Source of the DNA: Xylographa opegraphella
Taxonomy: Eukaryota
DNA length: 64,000 nucleotides
Assembly: GCA_022813865.1 (NCBI GenBank)
Contig: JALDZX010000016.1
Location: 124,001 to 188,000 of the forward strand
Reading direction: 5' to 3'
Below the pieces are notes generated by a model that saw only the letters and a program-made list of their open reading frames with translations, did no database searches and had not been told where the DNA came from. Of this stretch, positions 26,638 to 39,430 are shown piece after piece. Within the stretch, counting starts at the first letter, position 1, and every line of letters starts with the position of its first letter. Both the position numbers and the translations under genes were made by a program.

Positions 26638-28426
26638 CTACGCCACCGGCTCCTTCTCGCGCAAGACCTCCGTGACGCCCGCAGCGCCCTGGACGACGAC
26701 CTCGGTCTTATGGATGGAGCGCTTGACGCGGTTGCGGCCGCGGAAGATCTCCGTGAGCTCCTCGAGGGTGCGGTTCTTGGTCTCGACGAAGAAGAAGTAG
26801 ATGAAGGCGAACTCGAGGCAGTCCCAGAAGATGAAGAGGAAGTAGTACTTCCAGCCGGCGCCGGTGAAGGCGATGCCGGTGACGAAGGTGTTGTAGAAGC
26901 CGGCGATGTTGACCCAGAAGTTGTAGAAGCCCATGCCCTTGGCGCGCGACTCGTAGCGGAGGCACTCGACCGGGTACAGGCCCTGCAGCGGCGTGTAGCC
27001 GGCCGCGAAGACGAAGCCGAAGATGAAGATGATGGCGATCTCGGCTTTGGCCTGCGATCCGTTCTTGGCCGTCTGCACGCCGTCGACGAAGGCGATGTTG
27101 GTTGCATTGAGGGCCGTGATGATGGCGAAGATGACGATCACGATGCCGGTGCTGACGAGGAATTGGGGGCGCCGCCCCCACCGGTCGCACATGATGGCGC
27201 CAAAGATGGCGCCGATGAAGGAGACGACGTTTTGGAAGCCCTGCAGCAGGAGCTGCGTCTGGTTTGAGGTGATGCCGGCGCCGGCTAACATCTGCGGGTA
27301 GTAGTACGAGACCGGGCCGTTGCCGGACCACTGGCCGAAGAAGCCGATGGCGAGGACGAGCATGGTACGGTAACGGACTTCAGGGGAGTTGAAGAGCTCC
27401 CGGTAATCCCACCATCGCTTGTCGGAACCGGTAACAGAGATGTCTTCCAGCATCTCACGGTACTCCAACTGCACGATAGGCGAGTTTCGGTCTCCTTCGC
27501 CGTGGTACTTGGCCATGACGTTGAGTGCCTCTTCGTGTCGGTCGTTGGCCATCAGCCATCTTGGAGTCTGCATCGTGAGTTAGAAAGGTACGCCATGGTG
27601 CAGCCGGTGTCAACTTACTTCGGGAAGAAGCAGACAGAATACGAGAACGACGCCGGAGAAGGTCATCTGAACCCAGACGGGAATTCTCCATGAATTGCTT
27701 CCGATGATGGTGGAAGTACCATACGGGACGAAGGTGCCTGGAATGCCACCTATGAACCAGAAAGTGTTGTAGACGGCAGTCATGGTACCCCTGAAGGTTG
27801 GGTGAGCCATTTCGGAAACATACGCGGGTCCGGCCGAAGCAGTGATGGCGACACCAAAGCCAAGGACGAAACGGCCACCCATGAAGCCGCCAAGATTGGT
27901 GCATGTGGCCTGAACGATGGTCCCAATTATGATGATAAGAGCACCCGAGAACATGCCCCATCGACGACCTACCGATTGTAAGCCTCGAACGTGACGATTC
28001 ATTTGGCAAAGGATACGTACCAAAGGTGTCCGTGGCAGGACCAGCAGCAAACGAACCGACCAGATTACCAATGGTGTAAATGGCGTAGACGATCCCGGTG
28101 CTCGGAGTTCCGCCACTAAGAGGGAATCCAAAATAGGCCCTATATTGCTCGTAACTGTTGATGGATCCCATGAGAGACCCATCGTAGCCGTTGATGCACG
28201 AGTTAAAGGTTGCAACGAGGAGACAGCCGTATAGCTAGAAGATTATATCAGTCATGACTGGTGTTACCTCCCTTATCGGCGAACATACGGTGAACATGCG
28301 GCGAGTCAGAAGTGAAGGTTGTTGCTTTTGGTTTGCATCTGCAAATGCAACGTTCTGCACCGCCCTGACCTGAACGCCAGCATCCTCTCGATGAGCAATG
28401 ACGGAGTCCTTCCTATCTTCCTCCAT
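26638..28426 (-). CDS. MFS sugar porter, lactose permease / cellodextrin transporter clade
   Basis: CINGYDGSLMGSIN, DTFGRRWGM, GRFVLGFG, PAYVSEMAHP, PETPRWL, FFGQWSGNG, DRWGRR, YPVECLRYESRAKG, FVETKNRTLEE; three introns. Confidence 0.93.
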
Positions 28427-28567
28427 TTCCGCTATCGACGTTCTGGACCTTCCAGCGGAGAAAAAGATCGCTCGATGGGCAAGTGAAAATAATGCACACA
28501 CTGAATGTCTACCACCAGTGCCAGAAGAGAGAAATCGACGAAGATGAAACAAGGAGGTGTAATACAG

Positions 28568-28647
28568 TTATATATTCCGTCTGGAGAATGATGTTCTCCA
28601 GATCAGCGAGGTAGAGCATCCCCAGACTACGGCCCCTGATGGTGGGG
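28568..28647 (-). promoter_or_regulatory. TATA box and four SYGGRG (CreA/Mig1-type) sites upstream of the sugar permease
   Basis: TATATAA on the minus strand at about 28568-28574; CTGGAG 28581, CTCCAG 28596, CCCCAG 28620, GTGGGG 28642. Confidence 0.55.
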
Positions 28648-30065
28648 TTGGACTATGTGAATGCTGCCAGCACGCATCACCAGGGTTGGGACAATTTGAT
28701 ACGCCACTGGCAAAGGGTGTTGTTGATTGGATTGTCATGCTGCAGATGGCAGTCGGCACATGGTGGCCGAGTACGGCGAGGACTCCTATTAGTGGGAATT
28801 CGAGGTGGATGTAACGGTGAAGTGATAGTCAGGCAGACATGCCCATTCGGTCCACGGAGCTGCACGGAGGCAGCACATGGAGAAGCATGGATTCTCCCAG
28901 CATCGCTGCAACTGTGGGGTCTCCAGAGCTGCCCCAATTCGACAAGAAGACTCACTCGTCGGTTTGGAAGGATTCCGTATCAGAGAGATCAGAGATGGGA
29001 GGATGTCTAGACCATGTCTGGCTTAGTGGGTCGAGCTTAGGTGCGGCAGTCGCTCGATTACGTCGTATCTGTCCAAGCGAGAAGATCCCTGTCACGCGAT
29101 ACACACCGCACCGAGCGTTGCCTCTTGCCTCTCTTTTTTTCTCTTTCTCATTGAGGCCAATATCAATCGTCATCGGCCTGGGACTCAAGCTTTAATCATC
29201 ATTCCATGGCTTTAGTTATCCCAACCCCCAGAGTGGTTCGTCGTGAGACCCATGGTCAGATTGGCTTCGCTTACATCCAAGTCATACGTTCAAGAGCCGG
29301 GCGACTCGCGTTGGAAAAACCCTAACCCAAACTGTGATCCATCGCCCATAAGGTACTCCGTACTCCGTGTCCTTACCTGACCCACATAGCAAGGAAAATT
29401 GTCCCTGGTGTCCATCAGCTGACGGTCACATACGAGGTGGGAACCGGCAACGGCGGAAAACAAGCATCGGCAACAGGCCTGTCTGATAACATCTTCATAT
29501 CCCTGTAGCTGATTGCCAGGATGTTTCGAGACGAAGTCAAACGGTCATATTCGGGTGCGTGACTGATACACGAAATCCCTCCGCACACCTTACTCGAAAT
29601 ATCCCGTGCACAGCAACATCGTGGCTGCCCTTTTCTTAATCATCGGCTGCACTGGGAGATGGCCAGACATCTCGCGTGTTTGATATCACTAACCCCAGCC
29701 CGTCTCGACACTTTTTCACGTCCCAGATCCTCGGGCGCGGGAAGGGCTTGGAGACTAGAGACAAGGAGGTCTCCCTCCCGCCGTAGACTACCGGGTAGGC
29801 AACTGTTCGTACTCGCCTGCTTTGGCCAGTCGGCAGTTGCCCAAGCTTGCTCACTATCCCAGGCGCCCGCTGATACGGTAGTCCTGCATTCGTGCTTGAA
29901 TCTACTGGTCACGATTCCAACGAAGGCGAGCATCATATTCGCCGTGCTTCGGCACCTTAGCCTCGTCGGCTAAATAATTTTGTGTGGTTGTAAGAATAGA
30001 TTTAGGGAGGCTACGATCAAGGCTATCACGGCTACTTAAGGCCCGTGAATTGATTTGCTTCAACG

Positions 30066-31395
30066 TCACAAGTGTTTGATGCGTTCCTCCTGCTTCTTGA
30101 CCCAGTGTGCCGTCCGCCTGTACACACTCGCCTCCTTCTCACCTCTGCCGCCTCTCTGTTCATTTGTGTTGTCTCCTGACTTCGTCTTCAGTAGCAGGTG
30201 CCATCCCTTGGACGCTGCTCCAGCTTTCCGTGCACACGCCGCACATGGGCGAAGCCAGTGGTGATGTGCCCGGGAAGTTGTTCCGCGTGAATCCGCCACG
30301 AGGCGCATCGTCTCAGCTCCTGATGGAGACTCTTGTTCAAGGCCCGGAATATCGTCGAACGTTTGAAGACTAGGAAATGAAGAGAGCCTTCGATCACCGT
30401 CCGACCGTCGGTGCGGAAGCGTTGGTAGCGGTAACGAGGGAGTCGAAGTCGACAACAGAGCAAGAAGTGGTGGTCGGGCTATTTCCCCGTGCTCCGGCGA
30501 ATCAAATGGCTCAAAGAGTGTGCTTCGGAGAACCTGTTGCGTCTGCGGCGGTTGGGCACTGAGATGCTCTGGACACCGCTCCGGACACCCCGAACTATCG
30601 CCGGCCGAAACATAACCTTCGTCCTCGGGAGGCTGACTTGTCCCTTGCACATGAATAGTTCCTTTGCCAGTGTCTTCATCATAATCAGAAGTATAGCCTT
30701 CGTGATCGATAACCTGATCATGGTCTTTGCTGCTGCCATATCCCACCGTCGCGAGAGCTTCATCGGACGAGTGCATCCGGCTGGCCCCTACTTCAGAGCC
30801 ACTTTCCAGGTTATCTCCGCCTACTACCATCTTTGCCATGTCGACTTCCCCTAGGTTCCTTGCTTCAGCTTCGCTCTTCGTACTTCCCATCGTCGAAGTC
30901 TGGCTTATAGGTAAAGGAGGGCCGATGTCCGTGTCAGATGCATCTGCAAAGAATTGCAGCTCATCAGCAAATCATATTGACTATAAAGCTGCAGGTATTT
31001 GTAATATTGAACTGACCGGCCGGTGATGCTAGGCTGCGTGTAGTGGTCCTCGCTGTGAGTGGATTCTTGGTAGCCAATAGTCGAACGAAAGCCCATGGAT
31101 GTGCATGTTCGACGTAACAAGCACAGAGGAGCAACAGGTTGTCGAAAATCTTTAGTGCCTTATACAGCAGCCGACGAACGAAGACAGGAAACAACCCAAA
31201 GAGCCAACGAAGAATACGACAGATGGCACTGTAGCTACGTGCAGCATAGCTATGAGGAGCATTCTCGACGATGCTATGCAGGAACGGAAGCTCTTCCAAG
31301 GAACCTGATGATCGACAAGCGCATTCTGGGGGTGGAGAATCATGGAGAGTGGTACAAGGTGGAAGCGGTGGATCTCCACCAGCCTGTGAGACCAT
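30066..31395 (-). CDS. Hypothetical (orphan-like) protein, two exons
   Basis: ATG at 31395. Intron 30944-31016 (GTCAGT...GCTGAT...TGCAG) joins the 30964-31401 ORF in frame to the 30066-30890 ORF. No recognisable domain. Confidence 0.55.
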
Positions 31396-32756
31396 TGTCA
31401 CATATTAGAGCCGTTGGATACTGAAAAATAGGTATGAATGATATCTCAGGGGACCGGTATTGACGACGCTTCAACATGGAGATGGAAATGGCCCTGCGCT
31501 CTTGCCGAAGACAAGAACGGTAGGAGGGGCCGGGAAGCATTCTGTACATGATCAAACCGGTGATGCTTGAAAAACGATTCTTGTGGCAGACGACTCAGTA
31601 CATAATTCTTAAGAATTGCGAGAGCACCTCAGCCAGATTCTCTGCTTGGAGGACCCGGTAGCCAGGTGCTGAAACATTGCCGGGCAGAGTGCCCAGCACA
31701 CATGGGAGGACGAAAGCGACTTCTAGGTCGCCGCGTACTTCGTAGGCCATAGGCTATTATTCTTAGGGCATAATTGCAGTCATAGTGCTCACAAGGAGAT
31801 TCCCGCTCTACATTTCTCGTTCCGAGATATAGCGGGTAGAAAGGATGGCAGAGAACGCTGTATATCAAGTCCCATTGTGGGTGTCGCTGTACGACTGCAC
31901 TACAGATGCAGCCTCATGCAGACTGCCTGGGTACCTTAGCATGCGAATCCCACATGCACTCCGCACATAACCAGCATCTCGACATATATCGTGTTACCAA
32001 ATCATAACCGGTAGCGGGGGGAATATCCTGATATAGCTCGACGACGGCGCCCGGCCGTGGATACCGAATGCGGTATCTGGTCAGAAAACGGATCCTCAGC
32101 GGTTAGTCCTGGGCAGTGGATACTCCCATCGGTAATAATGGGGTGAAAAGATTCCAGTGGCACGCAACACTGTGAGACTCGGTGCCGGACTAATATTATG
32201 TTTGTTGTCGAAGTTGTTCAAGAAGCAATGGAAGCTGTCGCAATATCAGCATGAGGTCGTGCTTGGGGGAGGGTGACCTCTAATAATTGTCACGAATTAG
32301 GAGAGTGGGTGCGCCACAGTCGATCCTTCCGCGGCAATGCGGGCGATTGCTGGGTTTTCATTCGCAAGAAGACATCATTTGGATTTCTAGTCTCTGGCGT
32401 GGGGGTGTTTGACTCCGTACCAGGTGCAAAGTGCCACTCCGCTTCGCCATCGTAGCCTGCACCTGATAGGCTGGCCAGTAACTCTCCATCTTACCCCAGG
32501 GCCCATGCGACCAGCTTCTTCCTCGTTGGTCGTGACCCTCCGCAACCTTCAATCCTTCCTCCCACCCACCCACCGATCTCGGCTCGTCGTAGGACCTTGT
32601 GTCGAACTTCGTTATGTTCACCTCGAACCCTCATCGTCGCACCGTATCAGTACACACTTTGAGTTAATCACGGAATCTCGTTATCGCGTAGGTCCCACAC
32701 GCGGGGCCTAAGCACCTCTTCATCCGCACGCTGCGCCAATCTCCCTCTCGACTGTC

Positions 32757-34886
32757 ATGAACCAAAGCGCGACGACGACATGGTCGCCGATGGTCTCAGG
32801 CCCAGAGGACGACTTCGCAAGTTTCCTGGAGTTCGGAGACCTTCAACTGAACTTTCCCACCTTCGATGAAGAACAGCAGACTGTGGCGGGCGGGCAGGCA
32901 GGTCCGATCCCGGGACTCAACACCACAATGGCGACCGAGGTAGGGATGGTCGCAATGAAAGAAGGGGAGATACAACAACAGATTGACCCCAATCTCGCTG
33001 CCATGCGGTTGTCTCCACAAGACCTGCGCGAGTTGCATGGCGCATCGGAGTCCTCGATGGACCTCAGTATTCAAGCTCAGATGTTTCACCAACAGCAGTT
33101 GAACTATCATCAACAACGTCTCATGCAGGGCCATTACCACAGACAAGGGATGGTTCCTCCGACTCCCAACAGTCTAGAGATGCATGGACAGCCGCGTTCG
33201 TACCCACAAATGGACCCTCAGGCACGAGCTATGTACGAACATTACGCTCGGAAGCAGCAGGATCATGTTCGTTCACAATGCTCATACTTGACCTATCCTT
33301 AGCTGACAGCACTGCCAGATGGTCTTCACACCCTTGGTATCACCAGCTGTCACTCCAGTCGACACGCAGTTCCGCGTACAGGAATACACCATGTTAGGCG
33401 AATACTTTAGCCCGCTTACTTCCCCGGCGCTGGAGGCACAGAATCGTCCAGTCCAGCGTTCTGTGTATGGGGAGATACGCTCGGACACTTCTGATACCAC
33501 GTCGCCTGTAGAAATGGACATTGACCAGAGTACTTCCATGTTGCTGACCAACAGCGCGGCACTGCGAAAGTCGAAGAGGAAATCCACGACAGGATCAACG
33601 AAACCCCCTGGGCGATCAGTTCGACAATCTCCTGCAATGAAGCCTCAGAGCCGGCGGAAACAGGCCTCAAGTGCAATCATTCCCCCAAAGGAAGTGGCCG
33701 AGATTATCGAAGACGCCAGGAGATCCAAACAGCACGGGACAGTGCAGTCTGGCACCGGAAAGCTGGCATTGCCGTACGGTCAGGACAGTTCCGAAGCCGA
33801 GTCGGTTTCGCCGGAGTCTTTCTCAGAGATTTTGATGCCTCCGCCTGCCACTCCTCGGCCTGGATCCGTCGGGAGATCTCCGTATCTGAAGGCAAGGGGA
33901 TCACAGTCCGCGCCGATGCGACCGATTTCCGATTTGCCAGCTACTCCTGCATCGCTCATGAGGATTCAGAAAACCACTGCGAATGGTGCACAGGAGATCC
34001 AAGAATTGAAACAAAGCAACTCGCTGGCTGAAGCGGAGATGGAGCAGATTATGGAAGGTATCACATTGCCAGAGTCCGGTGGGACGAAGCCCACCTTACC
34101 GACGCTTGACACAACTCATCGCTACGACGATGAAACAACACCGACGTTGTCAGCCAAAAGTACACTGGCCAGTGCGTCGACCCCGGTGTCCTGTACTGTT
34201 CTTCCTAGTCCTCGGGTCGGCAGTACTATGGTATCTCCCGGTGATACTGCCACAGGGAAACGTGGAGAGGCGAAAGCGAATCCCAGAGGAGGTAGAAAAC
34301 GTAACAGTACTACAACCTCTCAAGCTAGCCCGGCTATTAGACCAAAGATTTCCCCCAGCATCAAGCCCCTTCTTCCTGAAGGCAGTGAGTCATTATCACA
34401 CACGACCAGGATTCTGATGACTAACAATATTTGGTAGCTACCATCAACGCAGAAACCTCGGCCCTCCTCCTGGCCAGTAAGTCTAATTACCAAAACATCC
34501 TCGAGGGCACCAATCTCCCTGGCGTTTCCTACCCCGAAGCTCTTTCCACCAACCTCACCTCGAAGCGCACCTCCCACAAAATCGCCGAGCAAGGTCGCCG
34601 CAACCGGATCAACAATGCCTTACAGGAAATCGCCTCCCTCCTCCCCCCGCAGACTCCTCAGATGTCGGGTACCACGAGCGTCAGCTCTAATGACGACAAC
34701 GCGGCCCTTCGCAGCATGATGAACGGCACCGCCGCTCAGCAGAGCAACAGCAAAGCTAGCACGGTAGAGATGGCGATAGAATACATCCGATCCCTCCAGA
34801 ACGAGCTGAAAGAAGTCAAGGGGAAACTGGAAGCGGTGGAGAAGAAACTAGATGGCAGCCTGACTTCTGGGGCGGTGCAGGCGTAG
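32757..34886 (+). CDS. PHO4: bHLH phosphate-acquisition regulator (Pho4 / Nuc-1 / PalcA family)
   Basis: MVFTPLVSPAVTP, EYFSPLTSPAL, PKISPSIKPLLP, LLASKSNYQNILEG, bHLH KRTSHKIAEQGRRNRINNALQEI...SKASTVEMAIEYI; two introns. Confidence 0.93.
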
Positions 34887-37800
34887 AGCTCTGCACTTGT
34901 TGACCACATGATTCGAAGAGTTTTATTATGTCCACCGGGTAGATATCGGGGATTTGTACGGTCTATTCCAAGTTGGGGGATCGAAGGGCACGAATGTAAT
35001 GGCCTTGATGACAATCATGGCCGCGATGTAACGATTGCTGATCGGCGGTCTCTTTGTCTGACTGGCTTGCAAGATGAACTGGTGGTCGATGTGGGATCTT
35101 AATTCTCGCTAGTAGGCAGGGCGATGCATGGCCTGCGGAGGAAACAAACCTGTCTCCTCTGCAGCTGTGCGAGGCATAATGCCATGTGAGAGGGCGCATC
35201 GGCTCCGGGCTGCCTGGCCCGCTCCCTTATATAACGCCGAGCATAGATTACTGCGAATATAAAAGCACTTTTACTTTCAGATCTATTTTCTCGAAACTGC
35301 TTGCGAAGATTATGGAAGGCGTGGAAGTATCTAGCTTTCAGGAGCGGAGAGCGCTGCCGGCGTTTTATATATACCCTTCCGCATCCGATGCTGGGAAAGT
35401 TCTCTCTTCTCTGATTTGCCCTAGGGCTGGGCTTAGGGTATGCCCAAGCTAGGCGAGAAGGGGGAAAGCAGCATAAGATCTTTCGCTCGGTGGTTTGCTC
35501 TCTACGTATCGCGGGTTGGCCTTTGTGTTGTGTCTTGCCCTCCCCTGACTGTAGGGTGCAAATCTCGGTCCGGTGGGAACTTTAGGGTTAGGACGCTTTG
35601 TGCCTCACAGTGCGGTGCTTGAAATCTGCAGCATTGTGCGTTTCTTGTGACTGCTAGCTGATCAATCCCTCTGAGCTCGACGACTCCGGAGGGGTCTTCT
35701 GTAGAAGTCATCCGCATACGATTCCCACGACGTTCGTGGCACACTGCGAGCCTCGTCGGGAAGGCTGCGCTACACAGTCGTACAAGTGGTGGAAGCAATA
35801 CTCGTAAATCGAAACCCGATAGTCGGTGGGACTCGAGCAGGTGCATGAAAAGGGGGCGATACTTCCGGCCATTGAGAAAAGGAAAACCCATCTGCTGTTT
35901 TGGAGCAGGATACTGCTGTCGCATTACATGCAATTAAAAGCAAAGGCCACAAACGGATGTTCACTCGCCCATGCCTCTCTGTTGTTACAGAGCATAAATG
36001 TTTAAATTTTTTTGTGGATGTCACTCTGACTCTAGCGTATTTGCTGGTTACGAGCAGAAGGACTGCTGCGAGAGCTGCTTACCGTCCTTTACTATCTTAA
36101 AGCAGCCCCCGTTTTCCAGCGGCAGTCGCGTTACATGCCGTCAAAGGCGAACAAGCATTGATTCCCTCGCCATCCTCTTTGGCCGGTATCGAGCGAAAGA
36201 CATGTCTATAAGCTTTCTTTGATTTCACTCTGCGAGATCTGAGGCAGTAACATCTGTTCTTTTTTTTCGACATCACCGTTCGTGCTTTCCACATGACAAA
36301 GTCGTTCCGCATGGGCCATCTCCCGTACGAACCACGAGCGGCACGGCAAGGGTGGCTTCATTGAATGGCGCTCCTAGCGCAACAATGGCGTGAGGCTGTC
36401 GGGGGTGGTGGGTCTAGACTCCCGAAATTAAGGTGGGAATTTCGTGGTGGAATGTGCTTTGAGTCCTGGCGGGAAGGAGACACGAGCATACTACGGTAGT
36501 AGTAGGTAAGGGAAATATTCTTGCATGTTTGCAACCCTCCCCATCGAGCGGGAAGGCAAGCGATTCGTCGGCGGTGAGTCCTGCCGCTGCCAATATTCCC
36601 CACCCGCGGTCTGCCTCCCGATGCAGCCCATCAGTAAGTCAGTTGAACACATCGAGCACTACCTTACCGAACTCCCTAACGAACTCCACAAAAAAGTACA
36701 CAAGGGAGAGAAGCACAAGGCGGATCGGGCGCCGGAATGATCCTTGCTATTGATTACGGTACACCGCGCAGGATGCGCGATCCCGGTCTGGCCGTTTTGT
36801 TCCCTCACCCTCCAAGGCTAGATCGGTACGGATGTACCACGAAGGACTTGGGTGACACTCGGCTGCATGGGAGGTTTGTGAGACGCCCCGCTGTGCATGT
36901 GTCGGTCCTTTCGATCGACTCATGGCGTGTGAGGGTCCTCTTGGCTGCGTTTGTGGGACGCATTCCCCCAAGTGGCAGTTGGTGGAGTCAGACGAGATGT
37001 TGTCCTTGTCTGTGCCGTGCAGAAACGCACAAAGTATGAATAATCAAGCACAAGGGGGTTGTCGACTGCATGAATATTAATCCAAGCTTGTTGTGCGACG
37101 GAGGTCTCCCAGAGCTAGGCCGAGTGAGGACGACGCCTCCTCCGTCGTTGGAGTGACGTAAACAGAACAACAGCTGTGCAAGTTCCAACGGTCCCTGGGT
37201 CGCAGGTCACGACTTTTTTTTCGATCCGACGTGTCGTTTAGATGTTGCCAGACCAAAGTGGTCATTTACATGTCCAGTGGGATTGTCAGCAACCGCAGTT
37301 CGCTGCTTATTCACGGAGTACTGTGGCAAGGCCCAGGCCACTTCCTGCTGCTTTATCGGGGGACTGGCACCTCGCGGTTGGCCGACGAGCAGGCTAGAGC
37401 TTAAAATGGTGCAGCCACGATCCTTTGGGGCCTCGTGGACCAAGGTACGGTGGGAGGTAGGCAGGCGCACAGTCAAGGAGAAGGCTGCACACTATCGAAT
37501 AAGCACCATGCTTGAGCTCAATCTCGACTAGGGAACTGCCTGTCTGTGGCGCCCTCCCAACCAGAGCCCCGCAAGCCCACGCTTAACCATGTTCTCACCG
37601 CGTGAGATTTAGAGATGGACATGGCTCGCGATGGGCTGTGCAGTTTTGCAGACTCTTGGGTGTGAGCAGGACTAATCAATCACACTTGTGGTCCCCCCCA
37701 ATATTTTTTAATCTTCCCACCAGTCTTTACTGATCCGTCTACTGCGCTGTCGATTGATGTATACAATACCTTTTTAATAATTTCATCGTTCACTCGTTCT

Positions 37801-38023
37801 TTAATCACCTTCTCAAAAGTCAATAACCAGAGCTCGCGGCTCGACGACTCTGGCCAGGGTGAGATCTGGCGGCGTGCTGTGCTGCAGCGGAATCGACCAC
37901 AAGCCTTATATAGGTATCACCCCGCTGAAATACGAAGCACAAGAGTCACAAGTGCAGCTTCCCGTCCGCCTCGAGTTCGAAACCATTGGCAATGCTCGAG
38001 CCCCGACTCCCAGCCCATCAGTG

Positions 38024-39430
38024 ATGAGTCCGCTTCAGGATGTCGATTCATTTGTCTCGGGCCCCTTGCTCCAGGACACACCACTATGCCTGGAGCAAGA
38101 GCGTGAGGCCGAGAGCTCGCACATTTCAGGAAAGAGCTTGGGGGCTCCTGCCGTGAGGCTTCAGTCGCACAATCTCAAGGCAGGTCGGCGGCGCTCCGGT
38201 CTCCGTCGTGGTGTGGTGGGATCTTGGACGTGGATCTTGACGATGCTGGTCTTGGCAACACTCTGTGGTAGATCGGAAGCAAAAGGGGGCCGGAGTCGAT
38301 ACGAAGCAGAGTTGGAGCTCGCCGAACTGGCCCACGGAGGAGGAATCCTTATTGATACGCGGCCTGTGCCGCGCGTGGGAAAGAGAGATCTACGGTTCTT
38401 CCCTCGACAGGACGGGAGTCTCTTCGGGTCTACGACCGCTACACCTCTATCGACCTCTGGCGTTGCTCCTGCGAGTACAGCCGGTCCTTCAGCATCCTCC
38501 ATCCCATCATCGACCGCAGACCTCCCGAGTGCCTCCTCGGCCAGCTTATCCTCCACGCCTACAGCGTCTTCTTCTTTGATGACAGCCTCCACAGTCCCTA
38601 CCAATGTACCCCTTCCGAAACCCTTCGACAGCAGCCTGGGCAGCAACTTCACGAGTTCCTCCTGTCCCGCCTTTTTCGATTCCTTCCTGAAAAATGCCAC
38701 TTTCACTTCTTGCTTGCCGTTCAGTCTTCTCCTCCAAGTCCGTTGCTCCTCTTCCCCCCCCTTTCCTCCCCGCCCGACCATCCACAATCCGTCACTAACA
38801 CCCATCCCTCCCTCGCAGAACTCCAACTCCTTCTTCCAAGCCGAAAAATCCCCCGCCCTCCTCACGCACACCCTCGACGCCAGCTGCGCCGCCGACCTCA
38901 CCAGCTGCTCCACGCTGATGTCCTCCCTCGCCGTCCAACTGCGCGACGACGCCAATTGCGGCCTCGACTACGCGGACGAAAACGCACTCGCGGTGCAAGC
39001 CTACGACGGCCTCGTCTCCTACGCGCCCCTCTACCGCGCCGGCTGCCTCAAAGACGCCCGCGGCGCCTACTGCTTCGCCAACGCCGTCACCAACCGCTCC
39101 TCGCCCTCCGACCCGTATCCCTACTTCCTCCCGCTCGGCTTCGCGCTGCCGGGCGGGTCCTCGCCCACCTGCTCCGCCTGCCTGCAGCAGACGATGGACA
39201 TCTTCGCCGCCGCGGCCGCCAACCTCTCGCAGCCCGTCAGCGCCGATTACAATAACGCGGCCGTGCAGATCGATCAGGTGTGTGGGCCGGCCTTTGTCAA
39301 TTCGACGGTCAAGCCCGTGCAGGGCACGCAGGCGTCGGGTGGCGTGCGCGTGCGCGTGCAGCGGGGGCTCGTGACGGCTCTGCTGCTGGGGGTGGTGCTG
39401 GGGACGGGCTTGTTGGGGATCTGGAGCTAG
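38024..39430 (+). CDS. Conserved Cys-rich secreted, probably GPI-anchored protein of unknown function
   Basis: Hydrophobic segment WILTMLVLATLC, Ser/Thr-rich stalk, domain PKPFDSSLGSNFTSSSCPAFF...CLPFSLLLQ|NSNSFF...YRAGCLKD..GAYCFANA...CSACL...CGPAFV, hydrophobic C-terminal tail. An in-frame 81-nt intron (38738-38818) is hidden inside the ORF. Confidence 0.8.
   Translation: MSPLQDVDSFVSGPLLQDTPLCLEQEREAESSHISGKSLGAPAVRLQSHNLKAGRRRSGLRRGVVGSWTWILTMLVLATLCGRSEAKGGRSRYEAELELAELAHGGGILIDTRPVPRVGKRDLRFFPRQDGSLFGSTTATPLSTSGVAPASTAGPSASSIPSSTADLPSASSASLSSTPTASSSLMTASTVPTNVPLPKPFDSSLGSNFTSSSCPAFFDSFLKNATFTSCLPFSLLLQVRCSSSPPFPPRPTIHNPSLTPIPPSQNSNSFFQAEKSPALLTHTLDASCAADLTSCSTLMSSLAVQLRDDANCGLDYADENALAVQAYDGLVSYAPLYRAGCLKDARGAYCFANAVTNRSSPSDPYPYFLPLGFALPGGSSPTCSACLQQTMDIFAAAAANLSQPVSADYNNAAVQIDQVCGPAFVNSTVKPVQGTQASGGVRVRVQRGLVTALLLGVVLGTGLLGIWS

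Noticed and set aside
26604..27331. Long overlapping and antisense ORFs over the permease (likewise at 38161-39255, 60458-61303 and 608-1012)
   Set aside because: Shadow ORFs caused by high GC3 in the real genes; low-complexity Arg/Pro/Ser translations.
21107..28426. ABC and MFS transporters as part of the PKS cluster
   Set aside because: More than 30 kb away and separated by housekeeping genes (CWC22, DPM2, 6PGL); the MFS is a sugar importer type.
35430..35595. TTAGGG telomere-like words (also CCCTAACCC near 29320)
   Set aside because: Only one or two copies each; no array or subtelomeric context.
36737..36775. ILAIDYGT resembling YqgF/Hsp70-type phosphate-loop motifs
   Set aside because: Only 8 residues match and nothing downstream fits either fold; likely chance.
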